Shown piece by piece: positions 1 to 10,741 of a stretch of 64,000 nucleotides of DNA. A program made the position numbers and the translations under genes. This stretch comes from an uncultured Clostridia bacterium (GTDB lineage: Bacteria; Bacillota; Clostridia; TANB77; CAG-508): contig CAQIBN010000003.1 of NCBI GenBank assembly GCA_948805675.1, positions 16,527 to 80,526 on the forward strand, written 5' to 3'. The notes beneath the pieces were generated by a model. That model had not been told where the DNA came from. It searched no databases and saw only the letters and a program-made list of their open reading frames with translations. The number at the start of each line of letters is the position of its first letter. Positions within the stretch are counted from its first letter, which is position 1.

Positions 1-1501
1 ATAAATACTACTAAAAATGGAAATATAAAAAAAATAAACTTTTCCAAAGGTGGCTTGGTAGTCGGTTTAGATAAAAAGAAAAATGAAAACAAAATTATGT
101 GTATTTCAGAAGATTATCACTCTCTGATTATTGGTAGTACAGGAGCAGGTAAGACTAGAAGACTACTATTACCTAGTGCAATGAATTATGCACTAGCAAG
201 TAACTATGGAAAAAATAAAAATAGTTTAGTATTGACTGACCCGAAGGGCGAGTTGTTTCAATATTTATCGCCATATTTTAAAAGTTTAGGTTATAAAATT
301 ATAACTATAGATTTTAAAAATCCTTTAAAATCTACACGATATAATTTCTTATCTCCAGTTATTCAAGCTTTTAAAAATGGAGATATACGAAAAGCAGAGG
401 AGTATTGTTGGGACATTACACAAGCACTTGTAGGAAATGAAGATACTAAGATGGAAAAAATATGGAAAGATGGTGAAATGAGTATTATTGCGGGTACTAT
501 AATGACTGTAGTAGCTGAAAATATGGACCATCCAGAGTTCCAAAACTTGACTAATGTTTATACGTTTATTTCAGAAATGTGTCGTAGTGATAACGGAAGA
601 ATGCCTATAAATTACTTTATAGAAAATTTATCACCTGACCACCCAGCAATTAATATATTTGGTATTGCTCGAATTGCACCAGAGAAAACTCGTTCAAGTT
701 TTTTTACATCTGCACTTACAACATTAAGGTTATTTACTTCACAGACTGTATATGATATGACTTGTGAAAGTGACTTTGACTTACAAGATATTGGAAAAGA
801 CAAATATTTAGTAGATATAATTTTGCCAGATGAAAGGCTTACATATTATTCATTAGCAAGTTTATACACAAAGCAACAGTATAATGCACTAGTAGAATAT
901 GCTGATAGCCATCGGTGGAACATTAGAAACTAGAGTTGATTTTTTATGTGATGAGTTTGGAAATTATGCACCTATAGAGCGGTATACGGTAATATGTTGA
1001 CTGTAGCAAGAAGTAGGAATATTTTTTTCCATTTTTTCTTACAACGGTTTCTCTCAATTGGTTAAAGTGTATGGAAAGGAAACAGCTGATTTAATAAAAG
1101 ATAACTGTCTTTTATGGATTTATCTAAAAACAGCCTCGTTTGATACAGCAAATGATATTAGCAAAAAGTTAGGAAATTATACAACTACTTCAGATAGTAA
1201 ATCAAATTCATATACTAAAAATCAAAATGGCAGTAGTAGTGAATCAATTAATTTAGTATCAAGACAATTATTAACAGAAGAAGAAATATTAAGAATTGAA
1301 CCACCAGAAGCAATTGTAATGGTTACAGGCTCACACCCTTATCTTGCTACACTTCCAGATTTATCACAATATAAATTTAATGAAATGCTAGGGTTAGGAG
1401 ATAAAAAGAAAAATACGGAAATAAGAGAATTAAGAGAAAATGCAAGATTATCAAGAGAGCCTAAAAAGATTGAGTTATGGGGGATTTGGAAAGATTATTA
1501 G
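1..1501 (+). CDS. Type IV coupling protein (TraG/VirD4/TcpA-like ATPase), 5'-partial. Reading frame is interrupted at four in-frame CGG codons: 913, 980, 987, 1045.
   Basis: Walker A motif GSTGAGKT. LDEFGN-like motif 'VDFLCDEFGNYAPI'. C-terminal 'ARSRNIFFHFFLQGFSQLVKVYGKETADLI' is recovered only after skipping C at each CGG. No stop codon upstream of 55 in frame, so the gene starts before the window. Track ORFs 55..933 and 1058..1501 are its fragments. Confidence 0.7.
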
Positions 1502-1622
1502 AAGATTTTAAAGAATTTATATGATTTTATAGACTTTTTATAAAATATGTAATAAAATATTTACCATAGGAAATGAGAATAAGCAGAATGTGAACGTGTC
1601 GCTGATTCCATAAGAGGAGGTG

Positions 1623-1769
1623 ATGCGTATGTTGCTAGAACAATATGTTTTTCAACTATTATTTTTACTTTTTTGTGATTTTGTAATGGTTACGGTTATC
1701 GCAATCGCCTTATTTATAGCGTTAGTTATTATTATAAGGAAAAGAGAAAAAGAGCAAGAAAAAAAATAA
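1623..1769 (+). CDS. Small hydrophobic peptide (48 aa), hypothetical.
   Basis: RBS-like AGGAGGTG upstream of ATG at 1623. Single TM segment followed by a basic tail. Not in the ORF track (under 60 aa). Confidence 0.25.
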   Translation: MRMLLEQYVFQLLFLLFCDFVMVTVIAIALFIALVIIIRKREKEQEKK

Positions 1770-1979
1770 CACACTCTGCTTGGCACGCGGTTGTGTTATT
1801 TTTTAATACATAAGCGACACCACATTCTGTGGTTTCTCGTTTCCTTAATATTATTATAGCACTTTAAAAGGAAAAGTCAATTAAGATATGAAAAATAATA
1901 TATTTTTAAAAGTTATAAATGTCAATTTTGGCATTTTATTTTTTTATCATTAAAACAAGAAATTTTGGAGGATTTATGT

Positions 1980-2324
1980 ATGAAAGAAAGAATAAAAAAA
2001 CTTATAAATATAAAAAGAATAGAAAAAGTAGGACTTGCTTTAACAAGTCTTTTTTGTTGCACAAATACTTGTTTTGCAACTATGCAAAATTCAAAAATAG
2101 TTACAGGAACTGAAAGTTTAATATCTGACTTAACAAGTTGGCTATTAATTTTAGCACCAGTTTTAACAGTATTATTGGTTGGTTATTTCTTTTTGAGAAA
2201 AGCAGCAAGTGATGAAATGGATGCAAAAAGATGGGACAATAGAATTAAAGTTGCAATTATTTCTTGTATTGGAGTGATTGTAGCAAGTGGTTTAATTAAT
2301 GTTATTATGAATTACTATAAATAA
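1980..2324 (+). CDS. Maff2-like small membrane protein (VirB2/pilin-like candidate) of the conjugation module.
   Basis: GGAGG RBS 8 nt before ATG at 1980. Signal/TM, then two TM helices. Architecture and length match the three paralogues at 50909, 51293 and 52015. Confidence 0.5.
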   Translation: MKERIKKLINIKRIEKVGLALTSLFCCTNTCFATMQNSKIVTGTESLISDLTSWLLILAPVLTVLLVGYFFLRKAASDEMDAKRWDNRIKVAIISCIGVIVASGLINVIMNYYK

Positions 2325-2342
2325 TGGAAGTGAGGTAAAAGT

Positions 2343-3198
2343 TTGGAAAATATATTAAAAACTTTATTATCTTCTATTGTCTCAGGTGCAAATGGTGTCA
2401 TCAATTTATTACTAAATAATTTAATGGATACTTGTTTTCATGCAGAAAATAGCATACTAAAAGCTAATGAAAGTGGAGTTCAACTGTCTTTAGATGGTTT
2501 GCAATCTATTATATTATCTTTTTCAATAGGATTAATAATTTTAAAAGCACTAAAAAAGGGTTTTGATATGTATGTGCTATGGACAGAACGGAGAGTCGGA
2601 ATTGCCTATTGGTACATACATTATGTTTTTTGTCCGTTCAATTGTAGTAGCATTATCATTTGAATTCTTATTTAATCTAGTAATAGATATAGCAGAAATG
2701 TTTGGAAATCAATTACTAGACTCTCTGGCTTTTGAAAATATGTTACCAGATTGGGGATATGTTGTTGAATTTTGTATGACATCTATATTTTCTAGTATTA
2801 CAGGATTAATAACAGTAATATTATTTGTAATTTTATATGTACAGTTTTTAGTTAGAGGAGTAGAAATTTTAATATTACGATTAGGTTTTCCAATTGCATG
2901 TGTAGGGTTATTAGAATCTAATAGTGGTATATTCCAAAGCTATTCTCAAAAAATGTTTAAAAGTGTTTTAACTGTTATTGTTCAAATAATATTGTGTAAA
3001 TTAGGTTTAGCATTAGTATTTACAGGTCATTGGTTTTATGCAATAGCAACAGTTATGATGGCACTAAAAACACCATCATTTTTACAAGAATTTATGTTAA
3101 CAGGAAACTCCGGACGAATAAGTGCAGTTATTATGAACACAAGCAAAACTATAGAATTATCAAGACAAGTAAAAAACATAATTACAAAGGTGAAGTGA
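2343..3198 (+). CDS. VirB6/TcpH-like polytopic membrane protein. One in-frame CGG shift at 2589.
   Basis: Track ORFs 2343..2663 and 2563..3198 join as '...MYVLWTE|GESELPIGTYIMFF...' when C2589 is skipped. Multi-TM protein with the gene-order position of VirB6/TrbL-like proteins. Confidence 0.5.
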
Positions 3199-3436
3199 GG
3201 TGTTTAAGTTTAGATGGACCTATTAAATATATTAATTTTAATAATTAGAACAACTATAATACCTGCTCGGAGTTGTGCTGAGAGTAATAATTATTTTGAT
3301 AAAAATGATGTATGAAGAAGAGTCAAATGCTATGTATAAAAAGAAATTAATTAATACAATTGCATTTGGTATAACTGCAGAGCTCATATATGTGATTTAT
3401 GATGTTTTAAATTATTATTATAGATAGGGAGAAAGT

Positions 3437-3766
3437 ATGGAAGATAAAAATATAAATACAAAATTATATATTCCAAGTAATGTAAAAACCCGTTTTGAGT
3501 TTATACGTGGGTTTGGAATAAAAGAATTAATTCTTACCTCAATTGTGGTAGCTTTTTTGATTGTAATAGCATTTATAATTAATTTTATTACAAAAGATTC
3601 AATAGTGCCTGTTTTAATTGTGCTGTTGGGAACAGCAACTATGATAATTATAACAGCAAAAGATACAAATAATTTATCTGTATTAGATATGATAAAAAAT
3701 ATGATTGAATTTGCAAGTATGCAGAAAATTTATAAATACAAATACTTTGGTAAATGGAGGGAATAA
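3437..3766 (+). CDS. PrgI/TcpE-family small conjugation membrane protein.
   Basis: 109 aa with two long TM helices and the N-terminal 'KTRFEFIRGFGIKELI' pattern typical of TcpE/PrgI-like proteins. Sits directly upstream of VirB4. The paralogue is at 52435. Confidence 0.55.
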   Translation: MEDKNINTKLYIPSNVKTRFEFIRGFGIKELILTSIVVAFLIVIAFIINFITKDSIVPVLIVLLGTATMIIITAKDTNNLSVLDMIKNMIEFASMQKIYKYKYFGKWRE

Positions 3767-4375
3767 ATGTTATTTGATTTGTTAAAAAAGAAGAATAAAA
3801 ATAATATTGTGTCGTCAGCAGAACAAGAAATAAATATTTTAGATATAAAAAATAATTTAATATATACAAGAGATAATTTAGTTATTGCAATATTAAAAAT
3901 TAATTCTCTTAATATGCAGTTATTTTCTAAAAAAGAATTAATAAATAAAATAAAAGATATAACATCTGAATTATCAACAGAAACCAAAGAATTCAAGATG
4001 ACATCTATTGCTAGACCTGTTGATGTAGGAAGTTTGATAGAATTTTTAAGAGCTATATTAAATAACTCTACAGACAGTATTCAAAAAAGATTATTAAGAG
4101 AAAACATAAGAGAAACACTTAATTTAACACTTATAGGTGATGCAGTAGAAAGACAGAATCTGCTTATTATAAGTGAAGTTTTAAGTGATAATTCAGAACA
4201 GGAAATACAAAAAAGAGCACGTGAAATTGTGCAAAAATTTGATAATTGTGGAATGAAACTAGAAATACTAAATGACCAGTACTTAATACAAGTATGCAAT
4301 AGCTTTACTAATATGAGTGTTGCAACAAAAGAAGATTCAGACTATCAAGATTACATTCCTAACTTAGTAGCTTAA
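3767..4375 (+). CDS. VirB4 N-terminal-domain protein, encoded as a separate ORF.
   Basis: The 202-aa product resembles the N-terminal region of TcpF/VirB4 ATPases. It ends with TAA 13 nt before an RBS and the TTG start of the VirB4 core. Confidence 0.5.
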   Translation: MLFDLLKKKNKNNIVSSAEQEINILDIKNNLIYTRDNLVIAILKINSLNMQLFSKKELINKIKDITSELSTETKEFKMTSIARPVDVGSLIEFLRAILNNSTDSIQKRLLRENIRETLNLTLIGDAVERQNLLIISEVLSDNSEQEIQKRAREIVQKFDNCGMKLEILNDQYLIQVCNSFTNMSVATKEDSDYQDYIPNLVA

Positions 4376-4388
4376 GGAGGTTTAGAAA

Positions 4389-6229
4389 TTGAAGAAAACA
4401 GATTTAAGAACAATTAGAGAGAATAAAATATTGCTTAACATACTAACTCCTATTTCTGGAATAGAATATAAATCAAATCGAATGAGAATAGGAGATACCT
4501 TTGCTAAAATTTATACAATAGTAAAATATCCTCAAAATGTTTCTATAGGGTGGTTATCTAAAATAACCAATATACCTAATACAGTAAGTACTCAAATATT
4601 TGAGCCAACTGATAATACTTTACTATTAGAAAATATATCAAAGGGAATTAAACAAAACGAGGCATTACTTAATACTATAAATGATGCAGTAGAAAGACAA
4701 AGGCTTGAAAGAGAAATAATATCTGCTGAAGAACTTATTAAAAAAATAGATAATGATGGAGAAACTGTAGGTTATATGACTATAGTTATTATGGTCATTG
4801 CAGAAACAGAGGAAGAGCTATCTAAAAGGTGTAAAAAAATAGAAACTAAACTATCAAGTATGCAAATGAAAGTAAGGTGTCTTGCAAGTTTAGTAAAGAA
4901 TGCATTTAGATGTGTTGCTCCATTTTTTAGTTCAGATAAAAAAATAAAAAATATAGCAAAAAGAAATGTACCACTTTCTACTTTTGTTGGTGGCTTGCCA
5001 TTTGCTAGTAGTCGGATTTAATGATGGGTCCGGTTATTATTTTGCTCGTGATATAGATGGAGGAATTATTGCATTAGATACTTGGAAACGTGGAAACGAC
5101 AGAACAAATAGTAATTTTGTTATAATGGGAACAGCACGGAGTACGGAAAGTCTACAGTAACAAAACATCTAATATTAAATGAAATAATGATAGGAAATTC
5201 ATGTTTAATAATTGACCCAGAGCGGAGAATATAAAGACCTTACGCATAATCTGGGTGGAGATTGGATTGATGTTTCAGGTGGTAGCAATAGAGGTAGAAT
5301 TAACCCATTACAAATAAAACCTGCACCACAAGATGAAGAAAATGAAGATGTAAAAGGAATTTATGATACAGGTAAAGGTCTTGGAGAAATGGCATTACAT
5401 TTTCAAACTCTAAGGATATTTTTTAAATTACTATTTCCAGAACTAACATCTATACAGATGGCAATTTTAGAAGAAGTTTTGGAGGATTTATATAATAAGT
5501 TTGGTATCTATTGGGAAACTAATATTTCAAGCTTGGAAAATACTGATTTCCCTATTATGACAGATTTATATGATTTATTAAAAATTCACTATGATAGAGA
5601 GGTACATAAAACTAGAAAAGAAAATCTTAATATATTACTATCTTTAATTAGACAAATATCAGAAGGTGCTGATAACACTATATTTAATGGATATACAACA
5701 ATAAAGAGAAATAGTAAACTTGTATGCTTAGATACAGGTAATATTCAAAATGCTAGTGAAAATGTAAAAAAAGCACAATATTTTAATGTTTTATCATGGT
5801 GCTGGGAACAAATATCAAAAAATAGAAAAGAAAAAACTATGCTTATAGCAGATGAGGCCTATTTATTAATAGACAAGAATTGCTTACAAAGTATGGCTTT
5901 TCTTCGTAATGTAGCAAAACGTTGTAGAAAGTATGAGCGGAAGCCTAGTCATTGTTTCTCACTCAATAATTGATTTTCTTGATGAATCCGTTAAAATGTA
6001 TGGTCAAGCTATTCTGGATATGGCAACATATAAAATATTAATGGGAACAGATGGAAGAAATTTAGAAGATACGATGGAGTTATTTAAACTTACAGAAAGT
6101 CAAGCAGATTTTTTATCTAATAAAAAGAGAGGATATGCAATTTTAATTATAGGTGCATATAAAATACTAGCAAAATTTGAAATATACCCTCACGAATTTG
6201 AATATTTTGGGAAAAGTGGTGGTAGATAA
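4389..6229 (+). CDS. VirB4/TcpF-like conjugative ATPase core. Interrupted at five in-frame CGG codons: 5013, 5137, 5144, 5223, 5938.
   Basis: Skipping the C at each CGG gives a continuous ~612-aa protein. It contains Walker A 'MGTAGVGKST', 'IIDPEGEYKDL', Walker B-like 'MLIADEAYLL' and C-terminal 'RKYEGSLVIVSHSIIDF'. Track fragments: 4389..5021, 4966..5160, 5212..5973, 5933..6229. Confidence 0.7.
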
Positions 6230-6940
6230 TTGGCAATAAATCCAGCAGTAATAAAAGTTATAGCTACTGTTTTAAAAGATAAAAAAAATAGAGATAGAAT
6301 ATTAATGATTATAATAACATCTTGTATGATTTGTTTATTATTAATTACATTAATTATTTATATAGTAATGGAGCCTATTAATCAAATATTAGCAGTATTA
6401 GGATTAAAAGAAAATGAAACAAGTGAAATATTTAACGAAATTAATAATTTAAGATTAGAAAATGGGTTACATGAAACTGGTAGTTTAACATTTAATGGAA
6501 CATATTGTATGCCAATAGAAACAGAATTTGGATATACAATAACTAGTGAATTTGGTTACAGAATACATCCTATAACAGGAAAGCAAAAGTTACATAGTGG
6601 TATAGATATGGTAGGTAAAATACATGGAAATATATTAGCAATATGTGATGGAGAAATTGTATGGGCAGGTGTTAGAGGCGGTTATGGAAACTGCATAAAT
6701 ATTAAACATACTAACTTAAAAGGTAATACATTTTATAGTTTCTATGCACATTTATCACAAATAAATGTTAAGCAAGGACAAACAGTAACACAAGGTCAAA
6801 TTATTGGATTGCAAGGTGGTGCAAAAACGGATCCTGGTCATGGTACTTCAACAGGTAGCCATTTGCATTTTGAAATAAGATTATGTCAAAATGGAAATTA
6901 TCAGAATCCTAGAAAGTACATATTACAGGAAAATAATTAA
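6230..6940 (+). CDS. M23 family peptidoglycan endopeptidase (TcpG-like cell-wall hydrolase of the conjugation module).
   Basis: N-terminal TM. M23 motifs 'HSGIDM' and 'GSHLHFEIR'. Confidence 0.75.
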   Translation: MAINPAVIKVIATVLKDKKNRDRILMIIITSCMICLLLITLIIYIVMEPINQILAVLGLKENETSEIFNEINNLRLENGLHETGSLTFNGTYCMPIETEFGYTITSEFGYRIHPITGKQKLHSGIDMVGKIHGNILAICDGEIVWAGVRGGYGNCINIKHTNLKGNTFYSFYAHLSQINVKQGQTVTQGQIIGLQGGAKTDPGHGTSTGSHLHFEIRLCQNGNYQNPRKYILQENN

Positions 6941-7079
6941 TTAGATAAACGAAAAGAGTTTAGAGTACAATATAAAGTAAAATAAATTAAAAATATTACA
7001 ATTTACATTGAAAATAGAAAAGTATCATGCTATTCTTAATAATATAGATATTTTAAATCTATTTCGTGAGGTAATTATT

Positions 7080-7274
7080 ATGATAATGATAATTAAAAAT
7101 AGGGAAAATGGAAGATTATCAAAAGAAGTTGCAATAGAAGATGTAATATATAATCAAAGTGAAATAGAGTTTGAACTTGGAGACTTTAATGACGAAGATT
7201 ATGAAACAATAACATATAATGATTTTTTGTATTTTCAAGATGACTTTGAAGTAATTATTGAAGATGATGTGTAA
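7080..7274 (+). CDS. Small acidic hypothetical protein.
   Basis: Track ORF 7008..7274. The internal ATG at 7080 has a GTGAGG RBS. The C-terminus is highly acidic. Confidence 0.3.
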   Translation: MIMIIKNRENGRLSKEVAIEDVIYNQSEIEFELGDFNDEDYETITYNDFLYFQDDFEVIIEDDV

Positions 7275-7392
7275 ATTTTCATTATCTACTATTAGTAGAT
7301 AATGAAAAATGTATAACTATACTAATAGTAAGTTTTTTTTATTAAATCTTTTAGTTATTTTGTATACAAATTATAATTAAAGGAGGAAAAAT

Positions 7393-8157
7393 ATGAATCA
7401 AGAAAAAATAGGAAGTTTTATTGCACAATGTAGAAAAGAAAGAAATCTTACTCAGTCACAATTAGCTGAAAAATTAAATATGTCTGATAAGTCTGTTTCT
7501 AAATGGGAGACGGGAAAAGGAATGCCAGATTCCTCTATTATGCTTGAATTGTGTAATTATCTAGGTATTAGTGTAAATGAATTATTAAGTGGAGAACATT
7601 TAAGAGAAGAACAATATCAAGAAAAAGCAAATGAGAACATCATAAATATTGCAAAGGAATCTGACCAAAATAGGAAAATAAAGAATCGAATAATAATTGT
7701 AATTATATCTGTTCTTCTTTGCTTAATAGTAACAGTAATCGTTAATAATTTATATGAAAATACTAAGATAAATGTTGATTACGATAGTAGACTTGTAGAA
7801 TGTAAAATTGAAAATGATAATATTGTATGTTCTTTCAATGGTTCGAGTTTAGTTAAACTGAGTTCTCAAAAAGTTAATACAGATGAAGAAACACTAATAT
7901 TTATAAACGGAAAAATGTTGCTACAAAATAAAATTCATAGTCATTTTGAAACTTGGGATTCTATGGCTCAATTAAATAGCGGTGAAACTCCTAAATTTAA
8001 TTCAGGGCTAATAATAGATAAAAATAGAGATATTATAGATTGCAAAGAAAGAATTAAAGTCTATTATACAAATGTATCTTTTAATAAAATAAAAAATGCC
8101 AATCAAAATGAATTACAAGAGATAATAGAACATTCACACTTAATAGCCGAGAAATAG
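7393..8157 (+). CDS. Membrane-anchored XRE-family HTH transcriptional regulator.
   Basis: N-terminal HTH_3 motif 'LTQSQLAEKLNMSDKSVSKWETGK', then one TM helix, then an extracytoplasmic domain. AGGAGG RBS. Confidence 0.7.
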   Translation: MNQEKIGSFIAQCRKERNLTQSQLAEKLNMSDKSVSKWETGKGMPDSSIMLELCNYLGISVNELLSGEHLREEQYQEKANENIINIAKESDQNRKIKNRIIIVIISVLLCLIVTVIVNNLYENTKINVDYDSRLVECKIENDNIVCSFNGSSLVKLSSQKVNTDEETLIFINGKMLLQNKIHSHFETWDSMAQLNSGETPKFNSGLIIDKNRDIIDCKERIKVYYTNVSFNKIKNANQNELQEIIEHSHLIAEK

Positions 8158-8329
8158 TTATGCAAATTACAAGTATAGAAAAAATATTTAAAATAAAAAC
8201 GTAAAAAAGTATTTGATTTAAGAAAAAATCAAATATCTTTTTTTCGTGTAGATGAAAAGGTATGTAAAGATACAAGGAAATAAATAGAGAAGAGTTGACT
8301 CTAAAGAGCTTTTTCTCTCTTGAAGAGGA

Positions 8330-9454
8330 GTGGTAAATTTGATTTTAGTAATAACAAAGGAAAATGAAAAACTTATTTCAGAAGTATGTGTAGAAAATAA
8401 TATTGAAGATTATCAAATACTAACTACTGTAGCAAATTTGTATAATTTTACAGTAACAGAATTAAAGAGTTTAAATAATTTTACACAATTAATTATTGAT
8501 GTTACTTCTATTAATGATACAGAAAAGCAATTAATTGATGCTATAGTTACACTAAAGACTATATATATGGATTTAAGAATTACAATTTTAGCAATAGGTT
8601 ATCAAACTGGAAATACATTACTTTCCAGACTTTTTAGTGAATCTATTTTCAATTTTGTAACTGCTAGTGAATATCACACACAAAAGAATGAATTACAGAG
8701 ATGTTTAACAACAGGTAATTCTTATAGTGACTCAATAGCATATAGATTCAAAGAAAATAGTAAGGATATACCTAAAAGCAAAGTAATTATAAAAAAAGAA
8801 TATAGTAAAAAGAGAAATAGTGTAACAATTGGAGTTGTTGGAACACAAGCACATATTGGAGCTACAACACAAGCCTTTTTAATATGTCAATTTCTTAATT
8901 CTATAGGACTTCGATCATGTTATGTTCAAGCAAATAATAAACAGGATGTAGAAAAGATAGCAGCAATGAATAATGTGGCAAATATGAAAGATATGATAAA
9001 TTACAATGGAATAGATATGTTTAAAGAGTTTATAGATAATAAAAGTACAGGTTATGACTTCTATATTTATGACTATGGCGATATTGATAATCTTAATATT
9101 AACTCATACATAACTAATGATATAAAAATTGTAGTATGTGGAACTAAAGAATGGGATTTTGTTAATATTTCAAAAGTATTTGAAAATTTAAATAAAATAC
9201 AAAATGATATAAATTTTATTTTTAATTTTACTGCAAAAGAAAATGAAAAAAATATATTATATGGATTACCAGAGTTTAAGAAAAATATATATTTTTCAGA
9301 ATATGCACCAAATCCATTTGAAACAGAAAAAAATCAGAATATATATCATAGAATTTTAAAAGAGTTTATTATTGAACAAACAAATCAGTTAGAAATAATT
9401 GAAAAAAATAAATTTTCTATAAAAAATATATTCTCAAAAGGAAAGAAAAAATGA
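8330..9454 (+). CDS. Hypothetical protein with a degenerate P-loop NTPase-like region (CpaE/ParA-like?).
   Basis: 374 aa. 'VTIGVVGTQAHIGATTQAFLI' resembles a deviant Walker A. Start codon uncertain. Confidence 0.3.
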   Translation: MVNLILVITKENEKLISEVCVENNIEDYQILTTVANLYNFTVTELKSLNNFTQLIIDVTSINDTEKQLIDAIVTLKTIYMDLRITILAIGYQTGNTLLSRLFSESIFNFVTASEYHTQKNELQRCLTTGNSYSDSIAYRFKENSKDIPKSKVIIKKEYSKKRNSVTIGVVGTQAHIGATTQAFLICQFLNSIGLRSCYVQANNKQDVEKIAAMNNVANMKDMINYNGIDMFKEFIDNKSTGYDFYIYDYGDIDNLNINSYITNDIKIVVCGTKEWDFVNISKVFENLNKIQNDINFIFNFTAKENEKNILYGLPEFKKNIYFSEYAPNPFETEKNQNIYHRILKEFIIEQTNQLEIIEKNKFSIKNIFSKGKKK

Positions 9455-9705
9455 AAAAGAATATTTATAAAGAATTTCAAAAAAAGCAAAAAATAGTTCA
9501 GAATTACAATGAAAATGACAAAATAGTAGTAGAAGAACATAGTGTATTGCTAAAAATGATAACATATTTAATTGCATTTATTCACAGTACATTTAAAGTG
9601 ATATTGTTTTTAATATTTATTTTGTTATTGTCTGTAGGTGCTACAGTTATTTGTAACAATTTATTACACATAAATTTATTAAATATAATCGGGGGTAAAG
9701 TATGA
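9451..9705 (+). CDS. Small membrane protein.
   Basis: ATGA overlap with the upstream gene. One TM segment. Confidence 0.35.
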   Translation: MKKNIYKEFQKKQKIVQNYNENDKIVVEEHSVLLKMITYLIAFIHSTFKVILFLIFILLLSVGATVICNNLLHINLLNIIGGKV

Positions 9706-10727
9706 AAAGGAAATTATTATTATTTATGATTCCAATTTTAGTATTATCGACAAATGTATTTGCTACTGATAAATCTAGTGTAGATACTATTGAGAAAACT
9801 ATAATTATAGATAAAGCAGAAGAAAACAATTTCATGAGTTTGCTAGACAATACTATTGAAATAGATAATGTTAAATATACTTTAGAAAGTAAAGAAAGAG
9901 AGGAATTGGAAGCAACAAGTACTAAAATGGCGGAACAAACAAAAATACTTGAATTAACTACAAATAGAAAAGATAAGATATTACAAAATTTTGAAGAAAG
10001 TATAAAATATGACGATGGAGAGTTCTCAGGTATCTTGTATCGTTTGGATAATTCATTAAGAGTAACAAATATTAATCATGGTAAATATGAAGAAGTGTTT
10101 ACTATTAATAAACAATATACAAATTTAAATAATGCAGATTTAGATTATATACCAAAAGAAATAACTCAAGATGGTTATACATATTCATTAACAAAGTGTG
10201 AATGGAATGTAGTAGAAAATCAAGACATAAAGAATGTTTCTATTCCTAAAAGTTATATTGCAAATACTACTTATAAAACAGTTAAAACATTAGAAAAGCC
10301 AAATACTTATAAATGTGAAATAATTTATAATGGAGATGTTAGCAAGATAACTACTAATACAATTCAATATACATTAACCTATAAGAAACAAGAACTAAAA
10401 GAAGAAATTAAAGAAAATAGAACATCTATATTACCTTATCTAGGTAGTACAGGTGTTTTTTTAGTTATCATTTTCTTTCTATTACCAAATACTAAAATTA
10501 CAAATTATTATGATGGAAAATATCAAACTATTAAGCATATAAGAGTATCAACAAGAAAACCAAAAGTGAATTTAAAACATTTACCAAATGCCAGAACCAA
10601 TGTATTCTCTATTAAATTTAATGACAAACTAGATAAAAAACTTAAAGGAAAGGCAGTCACGATTATTACTCCTAAAGCTACCTATCAAAAAATGATAATA
10701 AATAAATCTATAGAAGTTCATTTATAG
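9702..10727 (+). CDS. Secreted or membrane-anchored protein of unknown function (signal peptide plus a TM near residue 250).
   Basis: N-terminal signal peptide 'MKRKLLLFMIPILVLSTNVFA'. 'LPYLGSTG' followed by a TM segment. ATGA overlap with the upstream gene. Confidence 0.4.
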   Translation: MKRKLLLFMIPILVLSTNVFATDKSSVDTIEKTIIIDKAEENNFMSLLDNTIEIDNVKYTLESKEREELEATSTKMAEQTKILELTTNRKDKILQNFEESIKYDDGEFSGILYRLDNSLRVTNINHGKYEEVFTINKQYTNLNNADLDYIPKEITQDGYTYSLTKCEWNVVENQDIKNVSIPKSYIANTTYKTVKTLEKPNTYKCEIIYNGDVSKITTNTIQYTLTYKKQELKEEIKENRTSILPYLGSTGVFLVIIFFLLPNTKITNYYDGKYQTIKHIRVSTRKPKVNLKHLPNARTNVFSIKFNDKLDKKLKGKAVTIITPKATYQKMIINKSIEVHL

Positions 10728-10741
10728 AAGGAGGATTTAAT

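Noticed and set aside
349-803. Minus-strand ORFs 349..543 and 612..803 inside the coupling-protein gene. Similar short antisense ORFs occur elsewhere, for example 12471..12683, 13919..14107, 27717..28124, 47109..47360, 54763..55089.
   Set aside because: They lie antisense within well-supported genes, are low-complexity and AT-driven, and have no RBS or motifs.
3030-3248. ORF 3030..3248 (72 aa), and ORF 1919..2113.
   Set aside because: Both overlap better-supported genes in another frame. The products are basic and low-complexity, and have no RBS.
1-6229. Conjugation module 1 (coupling protein, VirB6, VirB4) as a decayed pseudogene cluster.
   Set aside because: All 10 interruptions are the same event, a C 5' of a Gly GGN creating an in-frame CGG. 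Each is repaired to conserved motifs by the same +1 skip. Neutral decay would give mixed indels and stops.
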